Of a stretch of 64,000 nucleotides of DNA, positions 9,877-19,543 are shown piece by piece. Source of the DNA: an uncultured Verrucomicrobiae bacterium (GTDB taxonomy: Bacteria; Verrucomicrobiota; Verrucomicrobiia; Chthoniobacterales; JAFAMB01). The stretch lies in assembly GCA_963762565.1 (NCBI GenBank), contig CAVXLD010000001.1, forward strand, positions 288,001-352,000, in the 5' to 3' direction. Under the pieces are notes generated by a model, which had not been told where the DNA came from, did no database searches, and worked only from the letters and a program-made list of their open reading frames with translations. Each line of letters starts with the position of its first letter. Position 1 is the first letter of the stretch. The position numbers and the translations under genes are program-made.

Positions 9877-10269
9877 ATGGAGATCGTCACTCAACTCGCG
9901 CTGTTTCTCGAAAATCGTCCCGGAACGCTAGCTGCAGTCTGTGACGCTTTGGCTGCTGCAAAAATTAATATCTTCGCGCTGACCATTTCCGACACGGTCG
10001 ATCACTCGGTCGTTCGCATGGTGGTCAGCGATACCAGGAGGGCTCTCTCCATCTTTGAAGAACACGGTACCTTGGTCGTCGAGAACGAGGTGCTCATGAT
10101 CGAGCACGACAACCATCCGGGATCGTTGTCTGAAATTGCCAAGAAGCTCGCCTCCAAAAAAGTGAATATCGAGTACGCCTACCTGAGTGGGTCGCCCCGA
10201 GCAAAACGAGGACTGCTGATTCTACGCCCGAATAACGTCAAGAAGGCGTTTGAAGTGCTGACCGCGTAG
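9877..10269 (+). CDS. Tandem ACT-domain protein
   Basis: QLALFLENRPGTLA...INIFAL and second ACT HPGSLSEIAKKLASKKVNIEYAY. Confidence 0.9.
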   Translation: MEIVTQLALFLENRPGTLAAVCDALAAAKINIFALTISDTVDHSVVRMVVSDTRRALSIFEEHGTLVVENEVLMIEHDNHPGSLSEIAKKLASKKVNIEYAYLSGSPRAKRGLLILRPNNVKKAFEVLTA

Positions 10270-10278
10270 AGGCGACGC

Positions 10279-10640
10279 GGCGAATGGGCGCACCGGCGAA
10301 TGCGCGAATGGCGTTGGTGGGGCGAGGCTCCCGAACAGTCGAATGTCGTTTCGCAGGGTTATTGATCCTTAAGGTTTGGCCTGACCGCGCCGGTTGTAGC
10401 CGAGACGGGCGCCGAGCCAGTCCCAGGGCTCGACAAGACCGATGAGGTCGATTCTTTCCCAACCCGGGTTTCGGTGCGCTTTCGCCTGTTAACGGCACTA
10501 CAAACCTTGACCCGGCTCGGCGAGCGTGTTGGCCTAGCCCAGCCGGCGTCGCAAACACTCTCAATACTCCGCGAACTCCTTTAGGCCGTTCGGAGCTTCG
10601 CCCCACCAAAATTTTTCGCCCACTCGCCTATTCGCCCACA
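10279..10640. repeat. Nested cassette: octamer (GGCGAATG) arms outside REP-like GTGGGGCGAGGCTCC arms
   Basis: ttggtggggcgaggctcccgaac (10314-10336) / gttcggagcttcgccccaccaa (10588-10609), flanked by ggcgaatg-type and ttcgccca-type octamer runs; unique core of about 250 bp. Confidence 0.9.
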
Positions 10641-10693
10641 AGCGCGCGCTAACAGATGCAATTCCCGCATAACAACATTACGTTTCACCACAC

Positions 10694-12418
10694 ATGACCT
10701 CCACCCCCTCTCCATCGCTGCGTTCCCAGAATTGGTTCAGCGGCATTAGCCGCGATGTGGTGATTCACCGAAGCTGGATGCGCGGCTTCACCGAGGACGC
10801 GTTTGACGGCCGGCCAATCATTGGAATTTGTAACACTTTTTCCGAGCTGACTCCCTGTAACGCGCATTTCAGGGAACTCGCTCAGAAGGTAAAGGACGGG
10901 GTATGGCAGGCCGGCGGAGTGCCGTTGGAATTTCCCGTGATGTCATTGGGAGAAACTAATCTTCGACCAACGGCAATGTTGTTTCGCAACCTCGCGAGCA
11001 TGGATGTTGAGGAATCAATTCGCGGCAACCCTATCGATGGCGTTGTTCTGATGACCGGTTGTGACAAGACAACACCCGCCCTGCTGATGGGTGCGGCCAG
11101 TTGTGATGTCCCGGCAATCGTTCTTTCCGGCGGTCCCATGTTGAACGGGCGCTTCCGCGGGCAAACCGTCGGATCAGGTACCGCGGTTTGGCAGTTTTCT
11201 GAGGCGATCGCTGCCGGCAAAATGTCGATGAGTGACTTGCTTGAGGCCGAGAGTTGCATGGCCCGGAGCGCTGGCCATTGCATGACGATGGGAACCGCAT
11301 CAACCATGGCATCGATGGTGGAAGCCCTGGGCGTCGCTTTACCGACCAACGCTGCCATCCCCGCAGTCGACACTCGCCGAGACGTGCTCGCCCAGATCGC
11401 GGGGCGCCGAATTGTCGACATGGTCAGAGAAGACATGAGGCTCTCCAAGATTCTTACCAGAGAAGCATTTGAAAACGCTATCCGAGTCAATGGCGCCGTC
11501 GGAGGTTCTACCAATGCGGTTATCCATCTCTTGGCCATCGCCGGAAGAATCGGGATTGATGTGCGCCTGGACGACTGGGATCGGCTTGGCCGCGACATAC
11601 CCACCATCGTCGATCTTCAGCCGTCGGGCCGGTTCTTGATGGAGGAATTCTACTACGCCGGCGGGTTGCCGGTCGTGATGAAGCGATTGGCCGAAGCAGG
11701 TCTCTTGAATCGCGACTTACTCACAGTGAGCGGCGCCACGGTCTGGGAGAATATCCAAAACGCTCAATGTTATAACGACGAAGTGATTCGGCCGCTCTCA
11801 AAACCGTTGGTGCGTTCCGGTGGCATCGCCGTGTTGCGAGGTAATTTGGCGCCGGATGGCGCAGTCCTAAAGCCTTCTGCTGCTACTCCGCGTCTGCTCC
11901 AACACACCGGGAAGGCAGTCGTTTTCGAGAATATCGAACATTATCATGAGCGCATTAACGATCCGAAGCTCGATGTCGATGAAAACTCGGTCCTGGTTTT
12001 GAAGAACTGTGGTCCTCGCGGCTACCCCGGTATGGCCGAGGTCGGCAATATGGGCTTGCCACCAAAGCTCCTGAAAGCGGGCATAACCGATATGGTCCGC
12101 ATCTCCGATGCCCGGATGAGCGGCACTGCCTATGGCACGGTGGTGCTTCACTGCTGTCCAGAGGCAGCCGTAGGAGGCCCCTTAGCCCTGGTACAAGATG
12201 GTGATTTAATCGAGCTGGACGTAGAGAATCGTAAATTACACTTGGCCGTTGATGACGCAGAACTGGAGCGACGCCGTAAATCCTGGCAACCAGCAAAACT
12301 GCCTTCAGGCGGTTACGTGCGTCTCTATCACGATCATGTGATGCAAGCCAACCTAGGAGCTGACTTAGATTTCTTGCAGGGCTGCCGCGGAAACGCCGTC
12401 GGCCGGCCATCGCATTGA
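10694..12418 (+). CDS. IlvD/Edd-family dehydratase (sugar-acid dehydratase-like, e.g. L-arabinonate type)
   Basis: RPIIGICNTFSELTPCNAH, GCDKTTPA, GHCMTMGTASTMA, GGSTNAVIHL, SDARMSGT; substrate cannot be assigned by eye. Confidence 0.9.
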   Translation: MTSTPSPSLRSQNWFSGISRDVVIHRSWMRGFTEDAFDGRPIIGICNTFSELTPCNAHFRELAQKVKDGVWQAGGVPLEFPVMSLGETNLRPTAMLFRNLASMDVEESIRGNPIDGVVLMTGCDKTTPALLMGAASCDVPAIVLSGGPMLNGRFRGQTVGSGTAVWQFSEAIAAGKMSMSDLLEAESCMARSAGHCMTMGTASTMASMVEALGVALPTNAAIPAVDTRRDVLAQIAGRRIVDMVREDMRLSKILTREAFENAIRVNGAVGGSTNAVIHLLAIAGRIGIDVRLDDWDRLGRDIPTIVDLQPSGRFLMEEFYYAGGLPVVMKRLAEAGLLNRDLLTVSGATVWENIQNAQCYNDEVIRPLSKPLVRSGGIAVLRGNLAPDGAVLKPSAATPRLLQHTGKAVVFENIEHYHERINDPKLDVDENSVLVLKNCGPRGYPGMAEVGNMGLPPKLLKAGITDMVRISDARMSGTAYGTVVLHCCPEAAVGGPLALVQDGDLIELDVENRKLHLAVDDAELERRRKSWQPAKLPSGGYVRLYHDHVMQANLGADLDFLQGCRGNAVGRPSH

Positions 12419-12430
12419 TGGGAGACCCGT

Positions 12431-12520
12431 CGGCGCAAAGGCGTGTGGGCATGTGGGCATGTGGCTTCGCGCCTCGCTTTCGCCGGTGCGCCGTTTCGCC
12501 CATTCGCCGTTTCGCCTCGT
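12431..12520. repeat. Octamer inverted-repeat cassette between convergent genes
   Basis: ggcgtgtgggcatgtgggcatgtgg facing ttcgccggtgcgccgtttcgcccattcgccgtttcgcc. Confidence 0.75.
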
Positions 12521-12541
12521 CACCGCACCCCTGGCGGCCTA

Positions 12542-13123
12542 CTACGGCAGCACTCGAACAAAGTCCTGGATCGGCCGTCGTTTCGGCGCCTCCGGGACTT
12601 GAGCCGGATAACCGAGATACAGGAATCCAACAAGCTGCTCACCGCGCTCGGATAGCTCTAACAAAGCCTCTGTCTCAGGCAAGCGGGTAACCCGCCCGGT
12701 ATTCCAATGGGTTCCAATTCCCTCACCCAAGGCCGCCAATTGCAGGTTCTGGATGGCGGCGCAGACCGCAGCCAGGTCTTCGACTTGTTGAGCTGGGTTA
12801 CTCGCAACGCGGCAGGTGACCGCCAATAACACAGGAGAGGCCATGACTTTCCGTCGAGCGTCGTTGTTCGCTTTGGCCACCACCGCTGGATCTTGACTAG
12901 ATGCCGTTTGGTTGGCCAATCCATCTGCCAACGCTTCTCGGCTCCGCGTTCCAATGATGGCAATGCGCCAGGGCTCAGTGAGACGATGATTAGGAGCCCA
13001 ACGCGCCGCATCCAGAATTCGCCAAAGCGTCTCTTCAGGGATCGGGTCAGAACGGAATTCCTTAATGGTCCGCCGGCTTTGAATGGCGGTGATTATCGCA
13101 GGGTCAGGAATGATTGAGTCCAT
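12542..13123 (-). CDS. Nitroreductase family protein (YdjA-like)
   Basis: IQSRRTIKEF, AARWAPNHRLTEPWR, AVCAAIQNLQLAA, GIGTHW, LVGFLYLGYP. Confidence 0.9.
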   Translation of the reverse strand: MDSIIPDPAIITAIQSRRTIKEFRSDPIPEETLWRILDAARWAPNHRLTEPWRIAIIGTRSREALADGLANQTASSQDPAVVAKANNDARRKVMASPVLLAVTCRVASNPAQQVEDLAAVCAAIQNLQLAALGEGIGTHWNTGRVTRLPETEALLELSERGEQLVGFLYLGYPAQVPEAPKRRPIQDFVRVLP

Positions 13124-13149
13124 AAAATGTTCATAGGCCTAGTCGCATA

Positions 13150-13686
13150 TCGTACTCGTCCTCGTCTTTGGTGGGGCGAGGCTCCCGAATAGCCCGACGA
13201 ATGACCAAGGCGCAACGCACGAACGCCCAGATGAATGAGCAAGGCCAAAAGACGCGCCGAGCCGTGGCCAACGATAGAGCACGGCTCGGCGCGATTTAGG
13301 GCCTAACACCTGGTGCTGTTTTGCGTTACCAATCGCTTCGGTCAATCGCTGGGGTTTTCGGGAGGGTCCGTGGTCAAGACATAGGTAACAAATCATGGTC
13401 AAGACATGGGTAACAGGTACATACAAAAAATGACTGGGGTGACTCGGAGATCCGCCCAGCTGGCCGACGGAGGTCAGCTGATAAAAATCGCATGCCGATC
13501 GTTCGCGAGAATGGTCGCTTCTGCCCTCTCACACATTTCACCCTCAAAAAGGACAACCAGAGGGAACCATACATTTTTTGATTGCCCAAGAATAGGTATA
13601 TAAAAAGCACATTTTCTCGACAAAGTGATACCTATGTCTTGACCACGTTCAGGAGCCTCGCCCCACCAAAGTCGAGCACGAAAGAC
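13150..13686. repeat. Nested cassette: hexamer arms plus GTGGGGCGAGGCTCC REP-like arms enclosing an IS-end-like element
   Basis: tttggtggggcgaggctcccgaa (13167-13189) / ttcaggagcctcgccccaccaaa (13648-13670). Confidence 0.88.
13369..13647. mobile_element. Putative non-autonomous MITE/IS remnant with IS481-like end repeats
   Basis: 20-bp tggtcaagacatRggtaaca twice in tandem (13371-13390, 13396-13415) and once inverted (13626-13645); no transposase ORF. Confidence 0.55.
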
Positions 13687-13689
13687 AGC

Positions 13690-15171
13690 TCATCCCGCTT
13701 CCCCTTCTATCGCGTTCGTCTGTTCCAAGATCGACGAGGTTGCCGATTCGCTAACTTTTCTTGGCCCGCGACTCACTTCTAAACCATCGGTAGGCAAAAG
13801 ACGCCAGTACGCGGGGAAAGCGGCTAGTCCAAAAATCGCGCTGAGAGCAAAAGCGATACGAAAATCCGATATCGCGTACAAACCATGATTACCGCTGAAG
13901 AGCGCCGCCAGGTGCAAGGCTACGGCTCCAAATGCGATCCCCATTCCGAAGCCCAACTGCTGCATGGTGCTCTGCATCATACTGGCCGTGCTCATGTCGG
14001 CGGCTGGCACCTCTGAGAACGCTAAGGTGTTAAGACTCGTAAACTGCATTGAACGGACCAGACCGGCCCCCAACAGCAGGGTCAACGTGATGACGATCGG
14101 CGTACTGACTGAAAGCAGGCCCAGTCCTGCAGCAAACAGAGCGATGAGTGGCGTATTCACTACGAGCACCGACCGAAAGCCGAACTTCTTCAACACCCAG
14201 GTAGTGCTAGTTTTCATTAGCAAATTACCAGTCGCATAGACCAACACCAACAACCCGGATGTAAGTGGGCTCAGTCCAAACCCGCTCTGAAACATCAAGG
14301 GGAGCAGCAATGGAGCAGCACTGATCGAGATGCAACTGGCGTTCCCAGCAATGAGACAAGTCGCAAAGGTTCGAATTCTTAACAGTGAAAGATTGATAAG
14401 CGGAAACCGGCTCTTGCGTTCCCAGTAGATAGTAACAACCCCCAAGATAACGCTTAGCAATAAGACCCAACTTGCCGTCAACCAATCCGAGTTTTCTCGA
14501 CCTAACAAATCGACACCGTACATCAAACAACTCAGCGCCCCTGCACTCAAAAGGAACCCGGGCAAATCGAGAGGGCGCCGCTCATCCGAACGAAAGTTCC
14601 TGACAAAGCGATAAACCAGGAAGATCGCGATTAAGCCGATTGGGATGTTGATCAGGAAAATCCAGCGCCAGGTCGTGAAATTGGCGATAAAACCGCCCAC
14701 AGGCGGGCCGATCACAGTCGCGATCAAACCCGGCCAGACGATGGTCGCGATCGCGTGTACCAGAGAACTTTTTGGCGTGCTGCGAAGAACAACTAATCGC
14801 CCAACCGGCACCATCATCGCGCCGCCGATTCCTTGGACAACCCGCGCTGAAATAAACTCACCGAGATGATTGGCGAGCCCGCAGCCCACCGAAGCCAGAG
14901 TGAAAATGGCGATAGCAGTACTGAAGATGGTCCGGGCGCCGAAGCGATCGGCCATCCAACCGCTGATTGGGATAAAGACAGCTAAGGTGACGAGGTAGGC
15001 GGTCATCCCGATGCTGACATCGGTGGGCCTAACCGCAAATGAACGGGCGATCTGAGGTAAAGCGGTGGCGATCGCCGTACCGTCCAGGTTCTCCATGAAA
15101 AACGTAACCGCAACGACAAGAGCTACTAAGCGAAACCGATCGTCTGTTGCTGGTGTAGTTGTTCTATCCAT
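13690..15171 (-). CDS. MFS drug:H+ antiporter (DHA2/EmrB-QacA-like, 14 TMS)
   Basis: FFMENLDGTAIATALP, GWMADRFGAR, ARVVQGIGGAMMVPVG, GPPVGG, WRWIFLINIPIG. Confidence 0.92.
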   Translation of the reverse strand: MDRTTTPATDDRFRLVALVVAVTFFMENLDGTAIATALPQIARSFAVRPTDVSIGMTAYLVTLAVFIPISGWMADRFGARTIFSTAIAIFTLASVGCGLANHLGEFISARVVQGIGGAMMVPVGRLVVLRSTPKSSLVHAIATIVWPGLIATVIGPPVGGFIANFTTWRWIFLINIPIGLIAIFLVYRFVRNFRSDERRPLDLPGFLLSAGALSCLMYGVDLLGRENSDWLTASWVLLLSVILGVVTIYWERKSRFPLINLSLLRIRTFATCLIAGNASCISISAAPLLLPLMFQSGFGLSPLTSGLLVLVYATGNLLMKTSTTWVLKKFGFRSVLVVNTPLIALFAAGLGLLSVSTPIVITLTLLLGAGLVRSMQFTSLNTLAFSEVPAADMSTASMMQSTMQQLGFGMGIAFGAVALHLAALFSGNHGLYAISDFRIAFALSAIFGLAAFPAYWRLLPTDGLEVSRGPRKVSESATSSILEQTNAIEGEAG

Positions 15172-15433
15172 CACTTTCTCTACCGAGCAGCAGGAAAGCA
15201 ACAAACCACGCGCTTTCGCCACCGGCTCGATTTTCTAACAAAATCAAGTCAAGGGTTACTTAGCGCGTTGGTTTACGTTAACGCTTACGACCGATCAGGC
15301 TTTCGCGGGATCGATAACGACAGCCGAAAGAGAGCAACGATCCGGGAAAATAGCAAATGGTAAATAGCGAGGAACAAGGCCGATTAAAATGAGGGCCGCG
15401 CGCGGTTTGGATGGCCTCACCCGCGGCCGCACT

Positions 15434-15495
15434 CGAATAGGACCTATACGACCTATATGACATATAGGTCCCATCGGTCATATAAGTCCTATTCG
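15434..15495. repeat. Nonamer (GGACCTATA/TATAGGTCC) inverted array
   Basis: cgaataggacctatacgacctatatgac / atataggtcccatcggtcatataagtcctattcg; near-palindromic 62 bp. Confidence 0.85.
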
Positions 15496-15513
15496 TTCCA
15501 CGCCCAACGTGCC

Positions 15514-15984
15514 CTATTGGCTCTTAGCGCGTTCCGCTTCGCCGATGGCCTTGTAATCGTACGTCGGATAGAACTCAGTGTGGTATCCGCCCCAGGCTGT
15601 CTTTTCGATGGCAACATTAACTTCCCGTAGCCGGTCGGCCGGCACCCGCAATGTGATCACCTGACCAATTCCCATCATCACGTACCAGGAAACAACTTCT
15701 ATCCCGGCCGGCGGGAATGCTTTGTAATAGCCTTGCCGGCGCAGTTCGCTGTTGATCTCATCCAAAGGTTTAGATTGGTCATGGCGAAGGAAGATCGTTA
15801 ACAGGATCGATCCTTTATCGGTTTCGGCGGTAACCGAAGGCGAAGTTGAGGGCGGCTGTTGCGCTCCCGCTGGCCCGACCACGATCAACACCGCTGCGAC
15901 CAATAAATTCCTCGTATTTTTCCACACGGAGTGACCACTAACCACTGAATCGAAAGACCTGCTGATGATAGGAAATAGATTCAT
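15514..15984 (-). CDS. Hypothetical exported protein
   Basis: Hydrophobic signal-like segment (LLVAAVLIVVGPAGAQQ) followed by a compact domain with FPPAGIEVVSWYVMMGIGQV; start uncertain. Confidence 0.7.
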   Translation of the reverse strand: MNLFPIISRSFDSVVSGHSVWKNTRNLLVAAVLIVVGPAGAQQPPSTSPSVTAETDKGSILLTIFLRHDQSKPLDEINSELRRQGYYKAFPPAGIEVVSWYVMMGIGQVITLRVPADRLREVNVAIEKTAWGGYHTEFYPTYDYKAIGEAERAKSQ

Positions 15985-16032
15985 AGGACGTATAGGTAGA
16001 CGTCCTGCAGCGCCTTGTCACCGGAGGGGGCC

Positions 16033-16172
16033 CAATCGTTCTCCTCCTCGTCCTCGAGAACGCGGCTTTGTCGGAGAGCCGGCGAATACCTCGCCGGGCA
16101 ATTTCGGGGTTCATCACGGTCGGTGACCGCGCGACCCTTTCGAGGACGAGGGCGACGACGAGAACGAGTACG
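16033..16172. repeat. Hexamer (CGAGGA/CGAGAA) inverted-repeat cassette
   Basis: aatcgttctcctcctcgtcctcga ... tcgaggacgagggcgacgacgagaacgagtacg. Confidence 0.85.
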
Positions 16173-16264
16173 AACCGCTCTAGAGCGCTCAGGGACGCTA
16201 CAAATCCTGCCTGTTCACGGAGTCATTTCCGCGAACTCTCAACAACATTGGATTCTATGCGCCT

Positions 16265-16714
16265 TTACGATGGGTACCCGCCGGCAATGTATTGCTCAAG
16301 ATGCTCGATCGTTGCGGTCTGTGCCGAGATCACCCATTTGAGCGAGTCGCCGATCGATAGGATGCCAATCAGCTTTCCGTTTTCTAAGACGGGAAGATGA
16401 CGAACACGTTTTTCTGTCATCATCCGCATACATCCGGTCAGGCTCTCATTCGGATGCGTCACGACGAGGTCGGTCGACATGATTTCGCTAACCCGGGTCT
16501 CTTTCGAGGCTCTTCCCCTTAGAATGACCTTACGCGTGTAGTCGCGTTCAGAGATAATTCCAAGGAGTGGTCCATCGTCCACCACAGGTAGCGCACCCAC
16601 GTTTTTGTCGGCCATCATTTTGATGGCGTCGTAGACCGTCGTGTCAGAACGAACAGTCCAAACCGTCGAACCCTTATGCGCCAGGATCCAGCTAACTGTA
16701 CCGGCAACTTCCAT
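16265..16714 (-). CDS. CBS-domain pair protein
   Basis: TVYDAIKMMADKNVGALPVVD, GIISERDY, MTEKRVRHLPVLENGKLIGILSIGD. Confidence 0.93.
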   Translation of the reverse strand: MEVAGTVSWILAHKGSTVWTVRSDTTVYDAIKMMADKNVGALPVVDDGPLLGIISERDYTRKVILRGRASKETRVSEIMSTDLVVTHPNESLTGCMRMMTEKRVRHLPVLENGKLIGILSIGDSLKWVISAQTATIEHLEQYIAGGYPS

Positions 16715-16770
16715 AAGATTGGGGAACTAAACCTGCCGCAGATTCTGGAGAGGTTCAAAGGAAATCTGGA

Positions 16771-16972
16771 GGAGGGACGAAACGGCGAATGGGCGCACCG
16801 GCGAAAGGGCGAAAGGGCGAGCCGACGCATCGGCCAAATTTAGGCCAGAAGCTACCTTAGCAGCGAAGCCGCGCCTCATGAAAGCCTGGGCGAAACCCTA
16901 GGTAGGCACAAACACGGCGGCAAGCGCAGCTTCGCCCTTTCGCCGGCGCGCCCGCTCGCCGTTTCGCCCTCC
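16771..16972. repeat. Octamer (GGCGAAAS/GGCGAATG) inverted-repeat cassette between divergent genes
   Basis: ggagggacgaaacggcgaatgggcgcaccggcgaaagggcgaa / ttcgccctttcgccggcgcgcccgctcgccgtttcgccctcc. Confidence 0.9.
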
Positions 16973-17015
16973 TGGCTCCTTTACCTCACGGCCTCCCATC
17001 CATTATCCTGCCCAG

Positions 17016-18401
17016 ATGGCCACTCCTACTCCCCCCGTGCAAAGTGAGAGCCCAAGCGCACGTAACCCGTTAAACCGGATCACTGCCTTCTTCGTCTATT
17101 TGTTCGAGCGGATCACTCCCGATCCCTATATCTTCGCAGTTACTTTAACCATCATCACGGGCGTGCTGGCTGCTCTGTTGGCGCCGAAAGGGTCTCTCCC
17201 GGACATTCTGAATGGTTGGTACGCCGGTATCTTCCAGATCCTGGCTTTCGCGTTTCAGATGGTCCTGATCCTGGTCACCGGATATGCTTTATCCAATTCG
17301 CGACCGATACGCTTCGTCCTGGATTGGCTCGCTTCTCGACCGAAGACGCCCCGCGCAGCCGTCGTTCTCACAATCCTGGTGGTCATGGTCACCTCCTTCA
17401 TTAATTGGGGATGCGGCTTAGTTGTAGCCGGGCTTCTCGCTCGAGAAATTGCCAAACGAATTCGGATCGATTTTGGCTGGCTAGTCGCCGGTGCGTATTC
17501 TGGGTGGATCATCTGGGCGAGCGGATTCTCCAGCTCAATTGCACTTTCCCAGGCGACGCCCGGATCGTCCCTAAACCTGGTGCAGAAACTGACCGGACAA
17601 GTGCTCCCTTTGAGCGACATGTTGTTCTCGCCGTTTAATCTCGTGCCGGTCATCGCGGTTGTGATCCTGATTCCGGTTCTTTACTGCGCCATCATGCCAA
17701 GCGCTGAAGACACCGTTGCAGCGGATCCGGCACGATTAGGGGCCGAAGAGACCCATACTAAACACAGCCGTCCCTGGACGATCGCAGATCGTCTGGAGCA
17801 CGCCTGGATCTTGACCTTGATCCTGGTAATCGCTGGAGCAGCTGCCCTGTTCTTGAGCTGGTCGAAAACGGGGATCTCGCTTGACCTGAACTCGATTATT
17901 TTCCTCTTCCTCCTAGCCGGTCTCTTACTGCATTGGACCCCAATCAATTATGTACGGGCGGTGAACCAGGCAGCCCGGGTCACCGGGCCACTGATTCTGC
18001 AATACCCTCTGTACGGTGGGATAATGGGGATCATGAGCGCAACCGGGCTGGCAAACGTGATTGCGAAAGCCTTCGTTTCATTCTCGAACGCGCACACTTT
18101 GCCGTTCTGGAACTATATCGCCTCGCTGATCATCAGCCTTTTTATCCCTAGTGGCGGCGGCCACTGGGCAGTTCAAGGACAGTTCACAGTTTCGGCGGCA
18201 GCCCAACTGCACGCTTCTCAAGCCGCAACCGCGATGGGCGTCGCCATGGGTGAACAGGTTGCGAATATGATTCAGCCGTTTTGGGCGTTACCAGTTTTAG
18301 CCATCGCCGGCATCAGCCTCCGCCGCGTAATGGGCTTTACCGTCATGTCGTTCTTCGTCGGGGTCGTTGTGTTTGGTCTGGCGCTGCTATTTTTAGTGTG
18401 A
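17016..18401 (+). CDS. atoE: Short-chain fatty acid transporter (AtoE family)
   Basis: PDPYIFAV, FAFQMVLILVTGYAL, INWG, QYPLYGGIMG, FIPSGGGHWAVQG, NMIQPFWALPVLAIAG. Confidence 0.9.
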   Translation: MATPTPPVQSESPSARNPLNRITAFFVYLFERITPDPYIFAVTLTIITGVLAALLAPKGSLPDILNGWYAGIFQILAFAFQMVLILVTGYALSNSRPIRFVLDWLASRPKTPRAAVVLTILVVMVTSFINWGCGLVVAGLLAREIAKRIRIDFGWLVAGAYSGWIIWASGFSSSIALSQATPGSSLNLVQKLTGQVLPLSDMLFSPFNLVPVIAVVILIPVLYCAIMPSAEDTVAADPARLGAEETHTKHSRPWTIADRLEHAWILTLILVIAGAAALFLSWSKTGISLDLNSIIFLFLLAGLLLHWTPINYVRAVNQAARVTGPLILQYPLYGGIMGIMSATGLANVIAKAFVSFSNAHTLPFWNYIASLIISLFIPSGGGHWAVQGQFTVSAAAQLHASQAATAMGVAMGEQVANMIQPFWALPVLAIAGISLRRVMGFTVMSFFVGVVVFGLALLFLV

Positions 18402-18699
18402 AGACGTTCGGCGCAAACCGACGTTTGCTGGTAAGGCGTTCGATAAGATGCGATCGGCCTCCGCAAAGCCTGCGGCGCGACAGGCGCCTCGGAACCCAAC
18501 GCACGCTCAACACGCTGAACTTTAGAACGTCTCTTAGATCGTTCCACGCGCACAGGGAGCCGCAGCAGTCCACGCGGTTCGGCCTGCCTCGTAATAATTC
18601 CTATTCTCGCTTCAAGGACGGAACCTTTCTAATGCGGCTCCCCTCCGTCATGGGTGGTGCGTGCAGCGCCACCTGCTGCTACGTCGTTGCCCAGCCCTT

Positions 18700-19341
18700 T
18701 CAAATCCGAAACGACAACATAAGCAGCCCCGCTAAAATGAGACTGCAAGACCAAACCAGGTCAACGTTGAACCACGACTTACGGAGGATCGTGAGACCGG
18801 CGATATCATAAACCAGCCAGGCTACTATTCCGGCAACGACGAACTGCGAGACTGAGTGTAGACAGACACCCGGGATCGAATTGTAGAATCCTGCTAACGA
18901 GGTGGCGGACTGAGGCGAGGACGAGAGCGCGCACCAGGCGCCGCCGCCGGAAAGAAACACCGGTAGCAACATGAGGCCGGCGCCGTGCGCGCTGGCCATC
19001 AGGCAGGACCACCAGGTCAAGTCGCGAAAGTTTACCCGCATCCCGACCCAACGCGGATGGCGGCCCCGGATCAGTCGCCAACTCCCCAGGCCGGCCAAGG
19101 CTAAAGCCGCAGCCAAAGCAAACCAGGTGGTGGAGATGTAATGTCCCACCAGGAAGGCTAGTCCGATGATTGCGAATACGGAGACCGTGTGTCCAAGCGC
19201 AATCGCGCACATCGCTTGGAAAATGGCTGTCCTGGAGCGGTTCTGAAGCCCAAGACTGACCGCGAACAGCCAGCCCATGCCGGGATTCAAACCGTGCCAA
19301 GCCCCTAACCCGGCCAATGCGATCCAAGGCCAAGTATTCAC
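18700..19341 (-). CDS. Integral membrane protein with His motifs, downstream partner of SBP56 gene
   Basis: About 6 hydrophobic segments; WHGLNPGMGWLFAV, IALGH, MASAHGAGLML, CLHS. Confidence 0.8.
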   Translation of the reverse strand: MNTWPWIALAGLGAWHGLNPGMGWLFAVSLGLQNRSRTAIFQAMCAIALGHTVSVFAIIGLAFLVGHYISTTWFALAAALALAGLGSWRLIRGRHPRWVGMRVNFRDLTWWSCLMASAHGAGLMLLPVFLSGGGAWCALSSSPQSATSLAGFYNSIPGVCLHSVSQFVVAGIVAWLVYDIAGLTILRKSWFNVDLVWSCSLILAGLLMLSFRI

Positions 19342-19379
19342 GAGCTGTTACCTCCGTTGAGCGTCAAAAGCCAATTAAG

Positions 19380-19523
19380 ATCCGCAGATTTCACAGATTA
19401 CGCAGATTTCGGTTTTAGGCTTGGGCAACTCTTCAGATAAAAACCTATTTCTGGCTCGGTGGATTTTCGGAGCCCCACGGCAGCATCTGAACCCCAAATC
19501 GAAATCTGCGTAATCTGCGGATT
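19380..19523. repeat. Nonamer (CGCAGATTA) inverted-repeat cassette
   Basis: atccgcagatttcacagattacgcagatttcg ... cgaaatctgcgtaatctgcggat. Confidence 0.88.
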
Positions 19524-19543
19524 TTTCATCTTTTGAATCTGGG

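Noticed and set aside
17016..18401. Complete ato (acetoacetate utilisation) operon
   Set aside because: atoE stands alone; no CoA-transferase genes are adjacent and the thiolase is more than 20 kb away.
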